From NCBI GenBank assembly GCA_028826165.1, contig JAPDFW010000078.1, positions 248,001 through 312,000 of the forward strand: a stretch of DNA of 64,000 nt, given 5' to 3'. The DNA is from Anaeramoeba ignava BMAN (lineage: Eukaryota; Protista; Anaeramoebae). The notes under the pieces were generated by a model. The model was not told the origin of the DNA. It worked only from the letters and a program-made list of their open reading frames with translations, and searched no databases. Each line of letters begins with the position of its first letter. The first letter of the stretch is position 1. Positions 14,801 to 29,197 of the stretch are shown here, piece by piece. Made by a program: the position numbers and the translations under genes.

Positions 14801-16447
14801 TCACCAAATAGGATGCATTGTAACAAAATCAAAATCAAATTTCTCAGGTTGACCCAAATGGGGAACATTTTGCCATTCTTCATCCCAAACAAAAACAGAT
14901 TGATATTGATGAGTTGGACCAGAAATCGTGTCAGAAACAAGACTCTTCACTCTTTTAAAGGAGGAGACTTTTGCATCAACACAACCATAAGCATAAGGAA
15001 GAAAATTGTAACTATTCGGAACAGGAATCAAGTCATAACGAGCACAAAGTTGATTAAAAGGAAATCCATCAGAAAGGGGATCGACTTGGAAATAATTATT
15101 AAGCATTAGATCCTTCATTGTTGAAAAATCAACCACTTCTGAATGATCTCTATGCAAAATTCGTGCACGTGGACAATCTTCCCATGAAAACCAATCTCCA
15201 AATTTTTCTACCATTTGAATATAACCTGTCATTTCGAAAATCTCCGGAAAATATGGAATGTTGTAAGAAGCAAACCACAAATTGTCCCGAACAAATGACG
15301 TTACATCTTTTGATAATGTTATTCCCGGCACTGCTTCAACTATCCAAACAAGATCCTTGTAATCCGGCGCTTCGTTTTGCCTGTAAACATTCAGATCCAA
15401 AATAACCCATTCTGCATTGTGTGTTCCTGAGTTGTGTGGTGTGAAAATATCCACCCATTCCTTGCCCGATCGTGCCAGTCGTGTTGCTGCAATTGTTCTC
15501 ATCCATGCCGGGACAGTTTCCGGCGAAAAATACTTCCATGTCGCATTTGATAACAACGGAATTGACGTTTCAAGAATGACAAGATTGCTTGTTGTCACGT
15601 AAAAGTCATCTTTTGATTGAAGATCACCTGGTTTGCCAGAAAACGAGAAGGCAGTTGCACTGACATCAGCATCCACAAGATCAAATGCGTAGAACTTGAA
15701 CACACGGAGCATGTTTGCGTAGCTTGTCCAGAGATTATGAGCGGCGTAAATGTCAGAGTAATCCGGCAACATCTTGACAAGAGCAGTGCAAGATCCGTGA
15801 AGAAGCCAGTAAGTGAGACATTGATCCTCAGTTAACCAACAATATTCCCCAGTCATATATGCCGGGATCAGATCCTCAAGATCCCCGGCATTAATCAACA
15901 AGTAGATCTGAAAGTAGCTCAATGTCTCGTTTTCCGGCGCAGCATCTGAATATCCGGCATAAACTCCTTGCATTTGTTGATATAAATACTCAATGTGATC
16001 CCACCATAAAGAGATTTCTTTATCAAATTTCCCTTTTTTATTTTCTTCGAATTGTGACAAAAGGTAGTTTTCTTGTTCTTGTAAAAAATCCACTAGTTTT
16101 TGTGAAGGTTGACTTGTTCCAAAAGTGTCTTTATAAAAGTTGTTGAAATATTGATAAATTCTGTGTTGAGAAAGAAATCCTTCTAAATATCCACCGGAAA
16201 ACATTTGGACGTTGTTGTCGTAATTTCTGGATGAATTGACATATAATCTTGACCATCCTGTTTGTTCAATTTCATCGCAAAATGTTCCAAAAGCTGCTCC
16301 GTTTGTTTTGTCAATTTTCCCTAATTTAATTGAATAAGATTCTTCGTTTTGATCATAATAAACAGTTCCGTTTAAACAATCTGAATTAGTATTTAAAGTT
16401 CCAAGAACAATTAAAAAAATGATTCCAATCAAAAATAATTTGTTCAT
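14801..16447 (-). CDS. Phospholipase B-like protein (PLBD family, Ntn hydrolase), secreted/lysosomal
   Basis: Signal peptide; QTGWSRL, GYLEG, GSCTALVK (nucleophile Cys), AHNLW, SKDDFY, NSGTHNAEW, SYNIPYF, PRARILHRD, DAKV, ISGPT motifs; single exon. Confidence 0.9.
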   Translation of the reverse strand: MNKLFLIGIIFLIVLGTLNTNSDCLNGTVYYDQNEESYSIKLGKIDKTNGAAFGTFCDEIEQTGWSRLYVNSSRNYDNNVQMFSGGYLEGFLSQHRIYQYFNNFYKDTFGTSQPSQKLVDFLQEQENYLLSQFEENKKGKFDKEISLWWDHIEYLYQQMQGVYAGYSDAAPENETLSYFQIYLLINAGDLEDLIPAYMTGEYCWLTEDQCLTYWLLHGSCTALVKMLPDYSDIYAAHNLWTSYANMLRVFKFYAFDLVDADVSATAFSFSGKPGDLQSKDDFYVTTSNLVILETSIPLLSNATWKYFSPETVPAWMRTIAATRLARSGKEWVDIFTPHNSGTHNAEWVILDLNVYRQNEAPDYKDLVWIVEAVPGITLSKDVTSFVRDNLWFASYNIPYFPEIFEMTGYIQMVEKFGDWFSWEDCPRARILHRDHSEVVDFSTMKDLMLNNYFQVDPLSDGFPFNQLCARYDLIPVPNSYNFLPYAYGCVDAKVSSFKRVKSLVSDTISGPTHQYQSVFVWDEEWQNVPHLGQPEKFDFDFVTMHPIW

Positions 16448-16479
16448 TTTTATTTAAATCTATTTTCAATTTTTAATTT

Positions 16480-17800
16480 TTTATTTTTAAATTTTAATTT
16501 TATAAATGAATTTTGATTTTATAAATGAATTTTGATTTTGATTTTGATTTTGATTTTAATTTTGAATTTTAATTTTAATTTTGATTTTAATTTTGATTTT
16601 AATTTTGATTTTAATTTTGATTTTAATTTTAATTTAAATTTTGATTTTAATTTTGATTTTTGATTTTAATTTTAATTTTGATTTTAATTTTAATTTTGAT
16701 TTTAATTTTGATTTTAATTTTAATTTTGATTTTGATTTTAATTTTAATTTTAATTTTAATTTTAATTTTGATTTTGATTTAAATTTTAATTTTAATTTTG
16801 ATTTTAATTTTAATTTTGATTTAGATTTTAATTTAAATTTTGATTTTAATTTTAATTTTAATTTTGATTTTAATTTTGATTTTAATTTTGATTTTAATTT
16901 TGATTTTGATTTTGATTTTGATTTTGATTTTGATTTTTAATTTTAATTTTGATTTTGATTTTGATTTTGATTTTGATTTTAATTTTAATTTTGATTTTAA
17001 TTTTAATTTTAATTTTGATTTTAATTTTGATTTTGATTTTAATTTTGATTTTAATTTTAATTTTAATTTTAATTTTGATTTTGATTTTGATTTTGATTTT
17101 GATTTTAATTTTGATTTTGATTTTGATTTTGATTTTTGATTTTAATTTTGATTTTGATTTTGATTTTAATTTTAATTTTGATTTTAATTTTGATTTTAAT
17201 TTTGATTTTAATTTTGATTTTGATTTTAATTTTGATTTAGATTTTAATTTTGATTTTAATTTTGATTTTGATTTTGATTTTGATTTTGATTTTGATTTTG
17301 ATTTTGATTTTGATTTTAATTTTGATTTTGATTTTGATTTTGATTTTGATTTTAATTTTAGATTTTAATTTAGATTTAGATTTTGATTTTAATTTTAATT
17401 TTGATTTTAATTTTAATTTTAATTTTAATTTTGATTTTAATTTTAATTTTAATTTTAATTTTAATTTTAATTTTAATTTTAATTTTGATTTTAATTTTAA
17501 TTTTAATTTTGATTTTGATTTTAATTTTGATTTTAATTTTGATTTAAATTTTAATTTTGATTTTGATTTTAATTTTGATTTTAATTTTGATTTGATTTTA
17601 ATTTTAATTTTGATTTTGATTTTGATTTTGATTTTGATTTTGATTTAAATTTTAATTTTAATTTTAATTTTAATTTTAATTTTGATTTTAATTTTAATTT
17701 TAATTTTAATTTAAATTTTGATTTTAATTTTGATTTTAATTTTGATTTTAATTTTAATTTTAATTTTAATTTTAATTTTAATTTTTATTTTAATTTTAAT
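16480..17800. repeat. Intergenic hexamer microsatellite (TTTTAA/TTTTGA)n
   Basis: Directly visible; source of spurious IL/DF/NF ORFs. Confidence 0.9.
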
Positions 17801-18680
17801 TTAGGGAAAATTATATTTTTATTTTTAAAAAAATTTACTTGTTAAAAAGAATAATAAATTTTAATTGTAAAACAACGCAAATAATCAGAAAGAGATAATA
17901 ATAAAAAAAGTAAAAAAAAAAAGAATAAAGCGATCAAAATAAAAAATAAAAAATAACAAAAAAAAAGTTTAATTGAAAAATAAAAAAATGAAAATTTTTT
18001 TTTTAGTTATTTAAATCTCTTTTTTTTTTTGAAGATACTTCTCATGACTTTTATTTGTTATTTAAAAGTTAAAAGAAAATTTTTTTTTTCTTTTCTTTTC
18101 TTATTCATCTTCTTTAATTATTGAGTAAATTTATTGGATCTTTTATTATTTAATTAATAAACAAAAACAAAAACAAAAACAAAAACAAATTAAAAATTTT
18201 AATTAATCTTTATTTTTTTTAATTACAAAACAAAAATTTCATTTCCTTTTCATTTCCTTTTTGATTTCTTTTTGATCACTTTTTTAAAAAACAAAAAACA
18301 AAAAGTCCATTTCTTTTTCTTTTCCTTTTTTTATTTTTAATTTTAATTTTAATTTTAATTTTGCTTTTTTTTTTACTTTTAAAAAAATTGGAATTTGAAA
18401 AGGCAAACTTTTATTAATTAAATATAAATATAAATTATTTTAAATTTTAAGTTTGATCTTAATTTGATTTTTATTTAAATTATTATTTAATACTTATTAA
18501 ATTTTTGTTACATTTTTTGAAAAAAACAAAAAAAATTAAAGTGGATTGTAAATTAAGTTATAAATTTAAAGTTTTGGTTAAAGTTTTATTTAAATTTAAA
18601 TTAAAAATTTTTTATTAAATTTTATATAGATTCATATTTATTTGCTTAAATTGATCATTTTTAATTTCAAAAACAAAATA

Positions 18681-19290
18681 TTTAGGGGGAGTTTGAAAAA
18701 AATTGTTTGTTTTTTTAAGTTTTCTTTCTCAATTATTTTAATTTATTTTTTGAAATCCAAAAATTAATCCAATTCTATTTTTATTCTTTAATTTATATTT
18801 TATTATTAAATCTTATTAAAATATTATTTAAATATGAATAAAATTTTTTTTATTGATCACTTTTTTTATTTTTAATAAGATCTTTAATAAATATTTTTTC
18901 CCAAATATTTTAATTTATTTTTTGAAATTAAAATTAATCCAATTCTGTTTTTAATTCTTTAATTTATATTTTATTATTAAATCTTATTAAAATATTATTT
19001 AAATATGAATAAAATTTTTTTTATTGATCACTTTTTTTGTTTTTAATAAGATCTTTAATAAATATTTTTTCCTAATTATTTTAATTTATTTTTTGAAATT
19101 AAAATTAATCCAATTCTATTTTTAATTCTTTAATTTATATTTTATTATTAAATCTTATTAAAATATTATTTAAATATGAATAAAATTTTTTTTATTGATC
19201 ACTTTTTTTATTTTTAATAAGATCTTTAATAAATATTTTTTCCCAATTATTTTAATTTATTTTTTGAAATTAAAATTGAATCCCCCTAAA
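18681..19290. mobile_element. Putative MITE-like element: 10-bp inverted repeats TTTAGGGGGA/TCCCCCTAAA around a ~170-bp x3 tandem repeat
   Basis: TTTAGGGGGA at 18681-18690 and its reverse complement at 19281-19290; internal ~170-bp units (AATTAATCC ends at 18770, 18940, 19111). Confidence 0.35.
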
Positions 19291-19532
19291 GAAAAAACAA
19301 CAAATAAAATTTATTTTTTCTTCTTTTTTTGGAAAAATTTTTTCTTCTTTTTCAACTATTTTTATTTCTATTTTTATTTCTAATTCTAATTCTATTTTTA
19401 TTTCTATTTCTAATTCTATTTCTATTTTTAATTCTATTTCTAATTCTATTTCTAATTCTAAAATTATTTTCATTTTTTCATTTTTTCATTTTTTCATTTT
19501 TCATTTTTCATTTTTCATTTTTTCAAAAATAA

Positions 19533-22500
19533 ATGTCAAATAAACAAAATGAAATTGATCTTCTTATAAATTCTTTTTTAAACGTAAAATCAATTCCTTT
19601 ACAAATTTATATACAAATTCCTTTGCAATTCACTTATAAAATTAAATATTAAATTATTTATAAACTTATATATAAAATTATATATAAAATTATTTATTAA
19701 ATTAAATATAAAATTATTTATAAAATTATTTATAAAATTATTTATAAAATTATTTATTAAATTATTTATTAAATTATTTATTAAATTATTTATTAAATTA
19801 TTTATAAAATTATTTATAAAATTATTTATAAAATTATTTATAAAATTATTTATATAAAATTAAATATAAAATTAAATATAAAATTATTTATAAAATTATT
19901 TATAAAATTATTTATAAAATTATTTATTAAATTATTTATTAAATTATTTATTAAATTATTTATTAAATTATTTATAAAATTATTTATTAAATTATTTATT
20001 AAATTAATTATTAAAATTATTTATTTATTAAATTATATATTAAATTATTTATAAAATTATTTATAAAATTATTTATAAATTTATTTATATAATTATTTAT
20101 TAAATTATATATAAAATTATTTATAAAATTATTTATTAAATTATTTATAAAATTATTTATTAAATTATTTATTAAATTATTTATAAATTTATTTATAAAA
20201 TTATTTATTAAATTATTTATTAAATTGTTTATTAAATTATTTATTAAATTATTTATTAAAATTATTTATTAAATTATTTATTAAATTATTTATAAAATTA
20301 TTTATTAAATTATTTATAAAATTATTTATTAAAATTATTTATTAAATTAATTATTAAATTATTTATAAAATTATATATTAAATTAATTATTAAATTATTT
20401 ATGAAATTATTTATAAAATTATTTATTAAAATTATTTATATAATTATTTATAAAATTAAATATAAAATTAAATATAAAATTAAATATAAAATTATTTATA
20501 AAATTATTTATAAAATTATTTATAAAATTATTTATAAAATTATTTATAAAATTATTTATAAAATTATATATTAAATTATTTATTAAATTATATATAAAAT
20601 TAAATATAAAATTATTTATTAAATTATTTATTAAATTGTTTATTAAATTAAATATAAAATTATTATTTATAAAATTTATTAAATTAAATATATAAAATTA
20701 AATATATAAAATTTATTAAATTTGTTTATAAAATTAAATATAAAAATTAATTATAAAATTTATTTATAAAATTATTTATTAAATTATTTATATAATTATT
20801 TATTAAATTATTTATTAAATTATTTATAAAATTAATTATAAAATTATTTATTAAATTAAATATAAAATTATTTATTAAATTATTTATAAAATTATTTATA
20901 AAATTATTTATTAAATTAAATATAAAATTATTTATTATAATTATTTATTAAATTATTTATTAAATTAAATATAAAATTATTTATAAAATTATTTATAAAA
21001 TTATTTATTAAATTGTTTATTAAATTGTTTATTAAATTAATTATAAAATTATTTATTAAATTAAATATATAAAATTTATTAAATTAAATATATAAAATTT
21101 ATAAAATTAAATATAAAATTAAATATAAAATTATTTATATAAAATTTATAAAATTAAATATAAAATTATTTATATAAAATTTATTAAATTATTTATTAAA
21201 TTATATAATTATTTTTCAAAAAAAAAAAAAAGACACTCAAATCTACAGAACAAATTGAAGAATTATTAATAGAATACATGAAAAATTACCCAAAAACACA
21301 AAAACAATTAAAATTCAGTTTATTACAAGCTCTTTCATCTATTGTTGATAAATATATTCAACAAATTAAAAACCCACAAAAAAATCTATCACAAATATAT
21401 TTAGAAAATTTATTTTTCCCATCATTTCGTGACAAAATCAATATCAAATCAAGTTATTTCAAAGAAGAAGACAGAATTCTTATTGAAATTGGAATCAAAA
21501 TTGCAACTCAAAACACAGAATGGATGGATTTGATTCTAAACTCAGCAATAAAAATGCTCAGTGAAAATAGTCAAGAACAGCAATTCGAAAATCCTGATAA
21601 AATCAACTATCAAATCACAGCTTCAAGCAACATTATCAACAAAATACTCAATTTCTTCTTAAATTCCAAAAAAAACCCACTTTCTTTAATTCCAAACCTA
21701 ACTCTTCAAAAAATTGAAGGTTTCGAATCAATAATTTTTGAAGAAGCAATGAAATTTGTCAATTTATCAAATTCTAAAGCCCAAATTATTGTTTTCCAAT
21801 TAATTATTGCCCATTTCATAACTCAAAATTTATTCAAAGATAAAATCACGCAAATTCTTGATTCGGTTATCACTTCAGAAAACAAACACACACAAGAATG
21901 CGCTGTAAATTTAATTTCTGTAGCGTTTGATATCTATTTCACTTGCGATTCTTCAGAAAGAGATGAAAAATTCTTGAAATTAAACGAATCCGTTATTCTC
22001 AGCCATCCAAACGCTTTTGCTCGTAAAAAATGCCTAAAAATCCACCAAAAATTTGTTCAACTCAGAATGGAGCATTTGGATTCAAAGGAATATCTTTCCT
22101 GGAATGAGGAGCAATGGAAAATTTACTTTTTTCTACTCCAAAACATCGAAAGCTCTTCCATTTATATTTTGAACGAATATTGGAATAGAATCACTTTGTT
22201 GTTCAACCCAAATTATTATTCCTTAAGAAAAGAAAAGCCCGAACAAAAAATACCCGAAAATTCGCCTGAAACAATCAAGCTGATTCTTTTGCTATTTGGC
22301 CGAGGATTCAAGACAGACAAAACAAAGTCTTTTACAGTCTATTTATTCCTGACATCTTTTAACACTGGGATCAATTCTCCCGATATAGACAACTTTATAT
22401 TGCAAGAAGTCATCCCAAATTTGATTGACAAACTCATCCTCAAAAAAAAGAAAGCGGAGATCAAGCAAGTTATATTGAATTTTCTGCTTTCCTTTTATCA

Positions 22501-25500
22501 GAACAACATCCGCAAAAGAAATACTCAAGAACAGCAGGCATTTCTTCTTAAGTTTCTCAACGAAATTATCCAAAAACTTGATTCGCCAAAAATTCTTGAT
22601 GTCTATTTCGATTTCTTTGTTTCCATTGACAAAATCGATTTGCTAGACACAGAATTCGCGATTAAATTCTGTCGCTTTGCGGATGCTATTGAGTGGCTAC
22701 CAAATCATTTGCAAAGCCAAATGAGCATCAAGTATCTCAAAAGCTTCCTTCATCTTGTCAAATTGGAAACTCTTGATTTCAACTGTTTTTCGTTGTTTCT
22801 TGAATCGCTAAGCAAAGTTTCAACGCAGTTCTCAAAAAACAAACAAGCAGGGCAAATTATCTACAAATGGATTCAAGAAAACGATAGTAAAATTCAACAA
22901 CATTCTTGGATCTATTCCGCAATTTCTCATCAAATACACCATTTTATCCAAAACCAAATTCCTTTCCATGAACAAAATTATTTAGTTCAACGAATTTCAA
23001 GAGCAATCCAATTTGTTTCTGAACAAAATCTTTTACTTATTCTCGACAATTTCGGGAAATATCTTGGAAAAGAAAACAAATCTTCAGAAAAAATTCTTGC
23101 AAATTACGATCAAAGTTTGAGGATTGTGCAAATATTCAATGTTTTAATGCCGTTTTTTCTTGTCAATAATCAACAAAAAACCCAACTTGCAAATTATTTA
23201 TCATTTTTTTCCGACAATTATAATTTATTTATTGAAGATATATTCACCAACAAAGATCAAAACCAAGCAGCTCAACATTGCGAAATTATCACAAATTTCA
23301 TCACAAATTTGTCTTCTTTCTATCAAAACGAAGAACAATTAAAGCAAGATATTTTCCAATTTTCCCAAAAAACACTTGAACTTGTAATTTTAAAGGCAAA
23401 AGAATTTAGCAGTAAATCTTCTTTTGAAATTATCAATTTACTCCATTCTTTGATACATAGCTCCAACAATATTCCTGCGCTTCTAAATTACAACTCAAAG
23501 GATTTATCCGAAGAAATCTTTTCCATTCTGATTGATCTAATGCCGATAAATTTACCCAAATTAAAGTTCACAAATGCTTACAATCAATTTTCCAAAATGA
23601 AAAGCGAGCTTTTAGTGATTTTTTTGAATATTTCCCAAACTTCAAAATTCAGAAATCAAGAACTTACCAAAATTTCCAAAGATATCCATGAATTACTTGA
23701 TGAAGTAAGTGATCGAGAAAGTTTAAATTCTTTAATTCAATGTTTATCTGAGATTTGGGCATATAATGCTGAAGAATTTATGAAAAATGAAAATGAAAAT
23801 GAAAATTTAATCGAAAATATCAAAAGAATTTTCGATCATGGTTTAGAAAAATCACAAGAACTCAAAAACTTGCGCCCATTTTCATTCTTTATATTCCAAC
23901 CCAAATATTTTAAATACTCAATAATGCAACCCGTTCTTAAATCTTATTTCGAATTAATCCACAAAAAAACTCTACAAATGAAAGGATTTGCAAATTCATT
24001 AGCAACAACTTTCCTCAACGCACTTTTGCAAATAGAAGATGATTCAATTACAACACAATTCATTCCAGAAATTATCCAAATCATCTTCTTTGCAGATGTC
24101 ACTCGTAAAAAGCAAAGAAACCCGTTTAGATTCATGGAAAAACAGTATTCGCGAAAAGAGCCAATGGATGAAAACTGCACAGACAAACTTCGTTTTATAA
24201 TGGAAACAACAAACAAAGAATATGTTATGGGATTGCTTGCAATTTTCACAATGAAAAAATGTTCAAAAGCAAAGCAAAACGAAAAATCGCAAAGAATTTA
24301 TTGACTCATTTTTACAAGAATTATTTATTGCCTTCCACAAAGTGGGATCCATCGATAAAAACCGCAGAACCAAAAAGGACGGGATGATCAACCGCAACAA
24401 AATTCGCATTCTTCAGATTGCAAATCTTCTTTTCCCGCAAACAAGCGACAAAATTCGCAATGAATGTTTGAAAGAATTCTGGCTCGTTTCACAAGAACGG
24501 AACATTGTCCCAATCCGCAAAATGGTGGATATTTTTGGAATGCAATTATTTATGCGGTATTCAAACGAATTTATAACAGAAGAGCATTTTTGGGATCCTT
24601 TATTTGATCAACTTTTAACACTAAAATCAGAATTCGGACTTTCAAGTCTCTTTATAATGTATCAATTATACCAGAAAATAGAAGGAGATCCAAAAAGAAT
24701 TTTCATCGAAAAATTCTACAGATTTCTTCTTGCTTGTTTAACAACAACAAACACTGGTGTCAAGAAAGTGGCTCAATTTATAATGAAAGAATTGCTTGAT
24801 AAGGCTGAGATCCAAGTCTCTGGAATGGAAACCCTTAATAAATATTTTGAAAAAAGTCGAGATGCTTGTTTGAATATCGAACAAGTCAAAAGTCACTTAT
24901 CTCAATTTAATCTTGATAGTTCTCTCTCAGAATTATTTGAAGAGGCTTTAAAAGACACAGATCTTTCTTTCGATCCTTCATATGCAATTGTTCCTTTAGA
25001 TATTTTGCAGCAGATTTCTCAGATTCTTCTTGGAAAAGAAGATGAAATTACATCAAGAATTCAAGATGAACTAGAATTAAAACTAAATCAAAAATCAAAA
25101 ATAAATTTGAAGGAAAATTCCAAAGAAAAAATCAAAAAAGATGCAAAAGAAGAATTAAATGAAAATTCCAAAGAAAAAACCAAAAAAGACGCAAAAGTGG
25201 AAATTAAATGAAAATTCCAAAGAGAATCTTACAACAAATTATCTTCAGCAAAAAATATCGCCTTGGGAACAAATCTCAAGTGAATTTATCAATCTCGAAA
25301 TTGAAGAAAGAAGAAAAAACTATGAAACTCGCAAAAAACAAAACATTATTGTTTGTGGATCACTTTTAGCTCGAACACCAAATCTTGGGGGATTAACAAG
25401 AACATGCGAAATATTCAACGCTGAAATGCTAACAATAAATGATATGCAAGTTACTAAAGATCCCGAATTCCAAAAAATTAGTGTTGGAGCTGAAAGATGG

Positions 25501-25821
25501 ATATCCATCAAAGAAGTCAAAATGGAATCATTACCTCAATTTTTTCAACAGAAAAGACAAGAAGGTTTTGTTATTATCGGTCTTGAACAAACTAATGATA
25601 GTAAGCTACTTTCAGATTTTGAATTCCCTCAAAAAGTTGTTATTGTTGTTGGTCATGAAAAAGAAGGTATTCCTTCAAGTTTGATGGATTTAATGGATCT
25701 TTGTTTGGAAATCCCTCAATTCGGTGTTATTCGTTCTTTAAATGCTCATGTGAGTACATCAATTGCTATTTGGGAATTTACAAATCAATCACTTAAAAGA
25801 ACTCAAAACAATTTAAATTAA
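19533..25821 (+). CDS. TARBP1: tRNA (guanosine-18 2'-O)-methyltransferase TARBP1/Trm3
   Basis: Exon 1 19533-19583, intron 19584-21232, long helical N-terminus, C-terminal SpoU domain (PNLGGLTRTCEIF, IIGLEQT, VGHEKEGIP, EIPQFGVIRSLNAHVS). Two 1-nt frameshifts in A-runs (~24285, ~25201). Confidence 0.85.
19640..21210. repeat. Intronic 12-bp satellite ATTTATAAAATT/ATTTATTAAATT
   Basis: Fills TARBP1 intron 1. Confidence 0.9.
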
Positions 25822-25933
25822 AATTAAAATTAAAATTCATTTATAAAATTAGAATTCCACTTTTTTTAGAAAAGAAAAAATATTTTTTTTCCCACTTTTT
25901 TTTATTTAGAATAAAATCCAAAAATATCAAATT

Positions 25934-28900
25934 TTATGTTTTGGAAAGAACCAAAAAAGTAACTGCAATTATAAATAAACCAAGAGTAGTCAAAAAAATA
26001 AGAAAGTTTTTCTTTCCTTTAATTTCTCTAAAATAGAAAATACTCCAAAGCGAAGTAACAAGAATAGGACCAATACAAACAATAGGATATCCAACAGCAA
26101 ATCCTAATATTCTTGTTGATACAAACCAAGATATACAGGCAATTGCCCAAAGAACTCCTGATAAAAAACTAGGAATAAAAGCATCCATTGAAAAATGTGG
26201 TTTTTCGAATGCTGTATAAATAAATAATCCAACAATTGATGTAAGAAACATTCCTGTAAAATGAGAAAGAACAAAATCAAAATGGCCTGAATTTGTGTTA
26301 TTTCTTGACCAAACCATCATTGGAATTAAATTCACTCCTGCAAATATTCCAACTATTATTGCTAATATTACTCCAATTAAATGTTTTGTTTTCTTTTTCA
26401 TTAATCTTATTTTTTTGATTAATTTTGTATCATTTCTTGCTTGTAAATATTCATCAAATTCTTTTTCAAATTCTTTTTCAAATTCTTTTTCTTTTTCTTT
26501 TTCATTTTGTTTTTGGATTGATTCTTTTTCAAATTCTTCAAAATCAACTTCTTTCCAATTCATTTCATTTTCAATTCCATTTTCAATTCCATTTTTAATT
26601 CCATTTATTTCAATTTTGATTTCATTTTCAGTTTCAATTTCAGTTTCAGTTTGGAATTGATTTTCAGTTTCAGTTTCAGTTTTTGATAAACCAATTTCTT
26701 TCCATTCACTTGAATTTATATCGTTCGTTTCTTGGATTATTTTCAATTCTTTTTCTTGTTGTTCTTGTTTTTCTTTTTCTTGTTTTTCTTGTTTTTCTTG
26801 TTTTGATTTTAATTTTAAATCTTCTTGAGTTATTGGTTTAATAAAATAAAAAAGTATCAAAGCAAAAAAAGCTAAAACAACACCTGAAATACTATAAAAT
26901 TCAGATTTTACTTCTTCTTTTTCTGTTCCAAATAATCCAAATCTTCCAACCATATATCTAAATATTTATTTTGGAATATTTTAAATAATAAATATTTATT
27001 TTGGATAATATTTTTTTTGAATAATATTTTGATTAATATTTATTTTGAATTAATATTTATTTTGAATAATATTTATTTTGAATATTTATTTTGAATATTT
27101 ATTTGGAATATTTATTTTGAATATTATTTATTTTGAATATTTATTTTGAATATTTATTTTGAATAATATTTATTTGGATAATATTTATTTTAAATATTTA
27201 TTTTAAATATTATTTATTTTGAATGTAATATTTATTTTGAATAATATTTATTTTGAATAATATTTATTTTGAATATTTATTTTGAATAATATTTATTTGG
27301 AATATTTATTTGGAATAATATTTATTTTGAATAATATTTATTTTTGAATATTTATTTTGGAATATTTTAAATAATAAATATTTATTTTGAATAATATTTA
27401 TTTTAAATATTTATTTTTGAATAATATTTATTTTAAATATTTATTTTGAATAATATTTATTTTGAATATATAATATTTATTTTTGAATAATATTTATTTT
27501 GAAATAATATTTATTTTGGAATATTTATTTTTGAATAATATTTATTTTGGAATAATTATTTTTGAATATTTATTTTGGATAATATTTATTTTTGGAATAT
27601 TTATTTTGGAATATTTATTTTGATTATTATTTATTTTGAATAATATTTATTTGGAATAATATTTATTTTGAAATAATATTTATTTTGGATATTTATTTTG
27701 AATATTTATTTTGAATATTTATTTTTGAATATTATTTATTTTAAATATAATATTTATTTTGAAATATTTATTTTGAAATATTTATTTGGAATATTTATTT
27801 TTGGATAATATTTATTTTGGATATTTATTTTGAATATAATATTTATTTTGAATATTATTTATTTTAAATATAATATTTATTTTTGGAATATTTATTTTTG
27901 AATAATATTTATTTTAAATATAATATTTATTTTTGAATATAATATTTATTTTGGTTATAATACTTATTTTGAATATAATATTTATTTTGGTTATAATACT
28001 TATTTTGAAATAATATTTATTTTGGAATATTTATTTTGAATATTTATTTTGAATAATATTTATTTTGAATATTATTTTTGAATAATATTTATTTTGAATA
28101 TAATATTTATTTTGAATATTTATTTTGAATATTTATTTGAATATTTATTTTGAATATAATATTTATTTTGGATATAATATTTATTTTGAATAATATTTAT
28201 TTTGAATATTATTTATTTTAAATAATATTTATTTGGAATATTTATTTTTAAATAATATTTATTTGGAATATTTATTTTTAAATAATATTTATTTGGAATA
28301 TTTATTTTGAATATTTATTTTGAATATAATATTTATTTTGAAATAATATTTATTTTGGAATATTTATTTTAAATAATATTTATTTTGAAATATTTATTTG
28401 AATATAATATTTATTTTGGAATATTTATTTTGGAATATTTATTTTGAATAATATTTATTTTGAATATTTATTTGGAATAATATTTATTTTGGATAATATT
28501 TATTTTGAATATAATATTTATTTTGAATATTTATTTTAAATATTTATTTTGGAATATTTATTTTGAATATTATTAATTTGGAATATTTATTTGGAATATT
28601 TATTTTGAAATATTTATTTTGAATAATATTTATTTTGAAATATTTTAAATAGTTTACCCAATAACTAAGTTTGTTCCACTCCAAAACAAAAAGCCAACAC
28701 CTAAACCAAGAAATTCTAAAACCAAAGAAATTAACATATTTGCACAACCAACAAAAAAACCACCAAGAAGTCCTGATTTAACAAATATTGGTTTTTCAGT
28801 AATAAATAAGGATAAAATTCCAGTAAAATATACTCCAGAAGACATAATTGCTTGGAAAACCATTCCATCTCCAATTTTAGGTTGTATTTTATTAATAGGG

Positions 28901-28968
28901 ACAAAATTAGAGCCAAAAAATAAAGCTGCAATAAAAGATGCTAAATAACCTAAAGCTAAATCATTCAT
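25934..28968 (-). CDS. TMEM144: TMEM144-like DMT-superfamily transporter, copy A
   Basis: Exon 1 28968-28658, exon 2 26957-25934 (phase 2: GG|A). FFGSNFVP, GDGMVFQ, LGLGVG, GRFGLFG, FVLSHFTG, VGYPI..GP..V..LWSIFYFREIKG motifs. Confidence 0.85.
26960..28650. repeat. Intronic satellite (AAT)AATATTTATTTTG
   Basis: Fills the copy A intron. Confidence 0.9.
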
Positions 28969-29197
28969 TTTTATTTCTAATTTTTATTTCTAATTTTTAT
29001 TTCTAATTTTTATTTTGTTTTAGGAAAGAAGAAAATAAAAGAAAGAGAAAAAATGATTGATTTGTTGGATTTCCCTAATTGAAAAAAAATTGAAAAAAAA
29101 AAATTTTTTAAAAAAGAAAAAGAAAAAAATTAAATAAAAAATTAATTCGATTTTCCACTTTTATTTTATTTAGAATAAAATCCAAAAATATCAAATT

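Noticed and set aside
14801-16447. Lateral transfer of the GC-richer, intronless phospholipase B gene
   Set aside because: PLBD is a widespread eukaryotic family with a signal peptide here; other long exons in the window are also GC-richer than their flanks
16641-17648. ILIL/DFNF ORFs
   Set aside because: Hexamer microsatellite read-through
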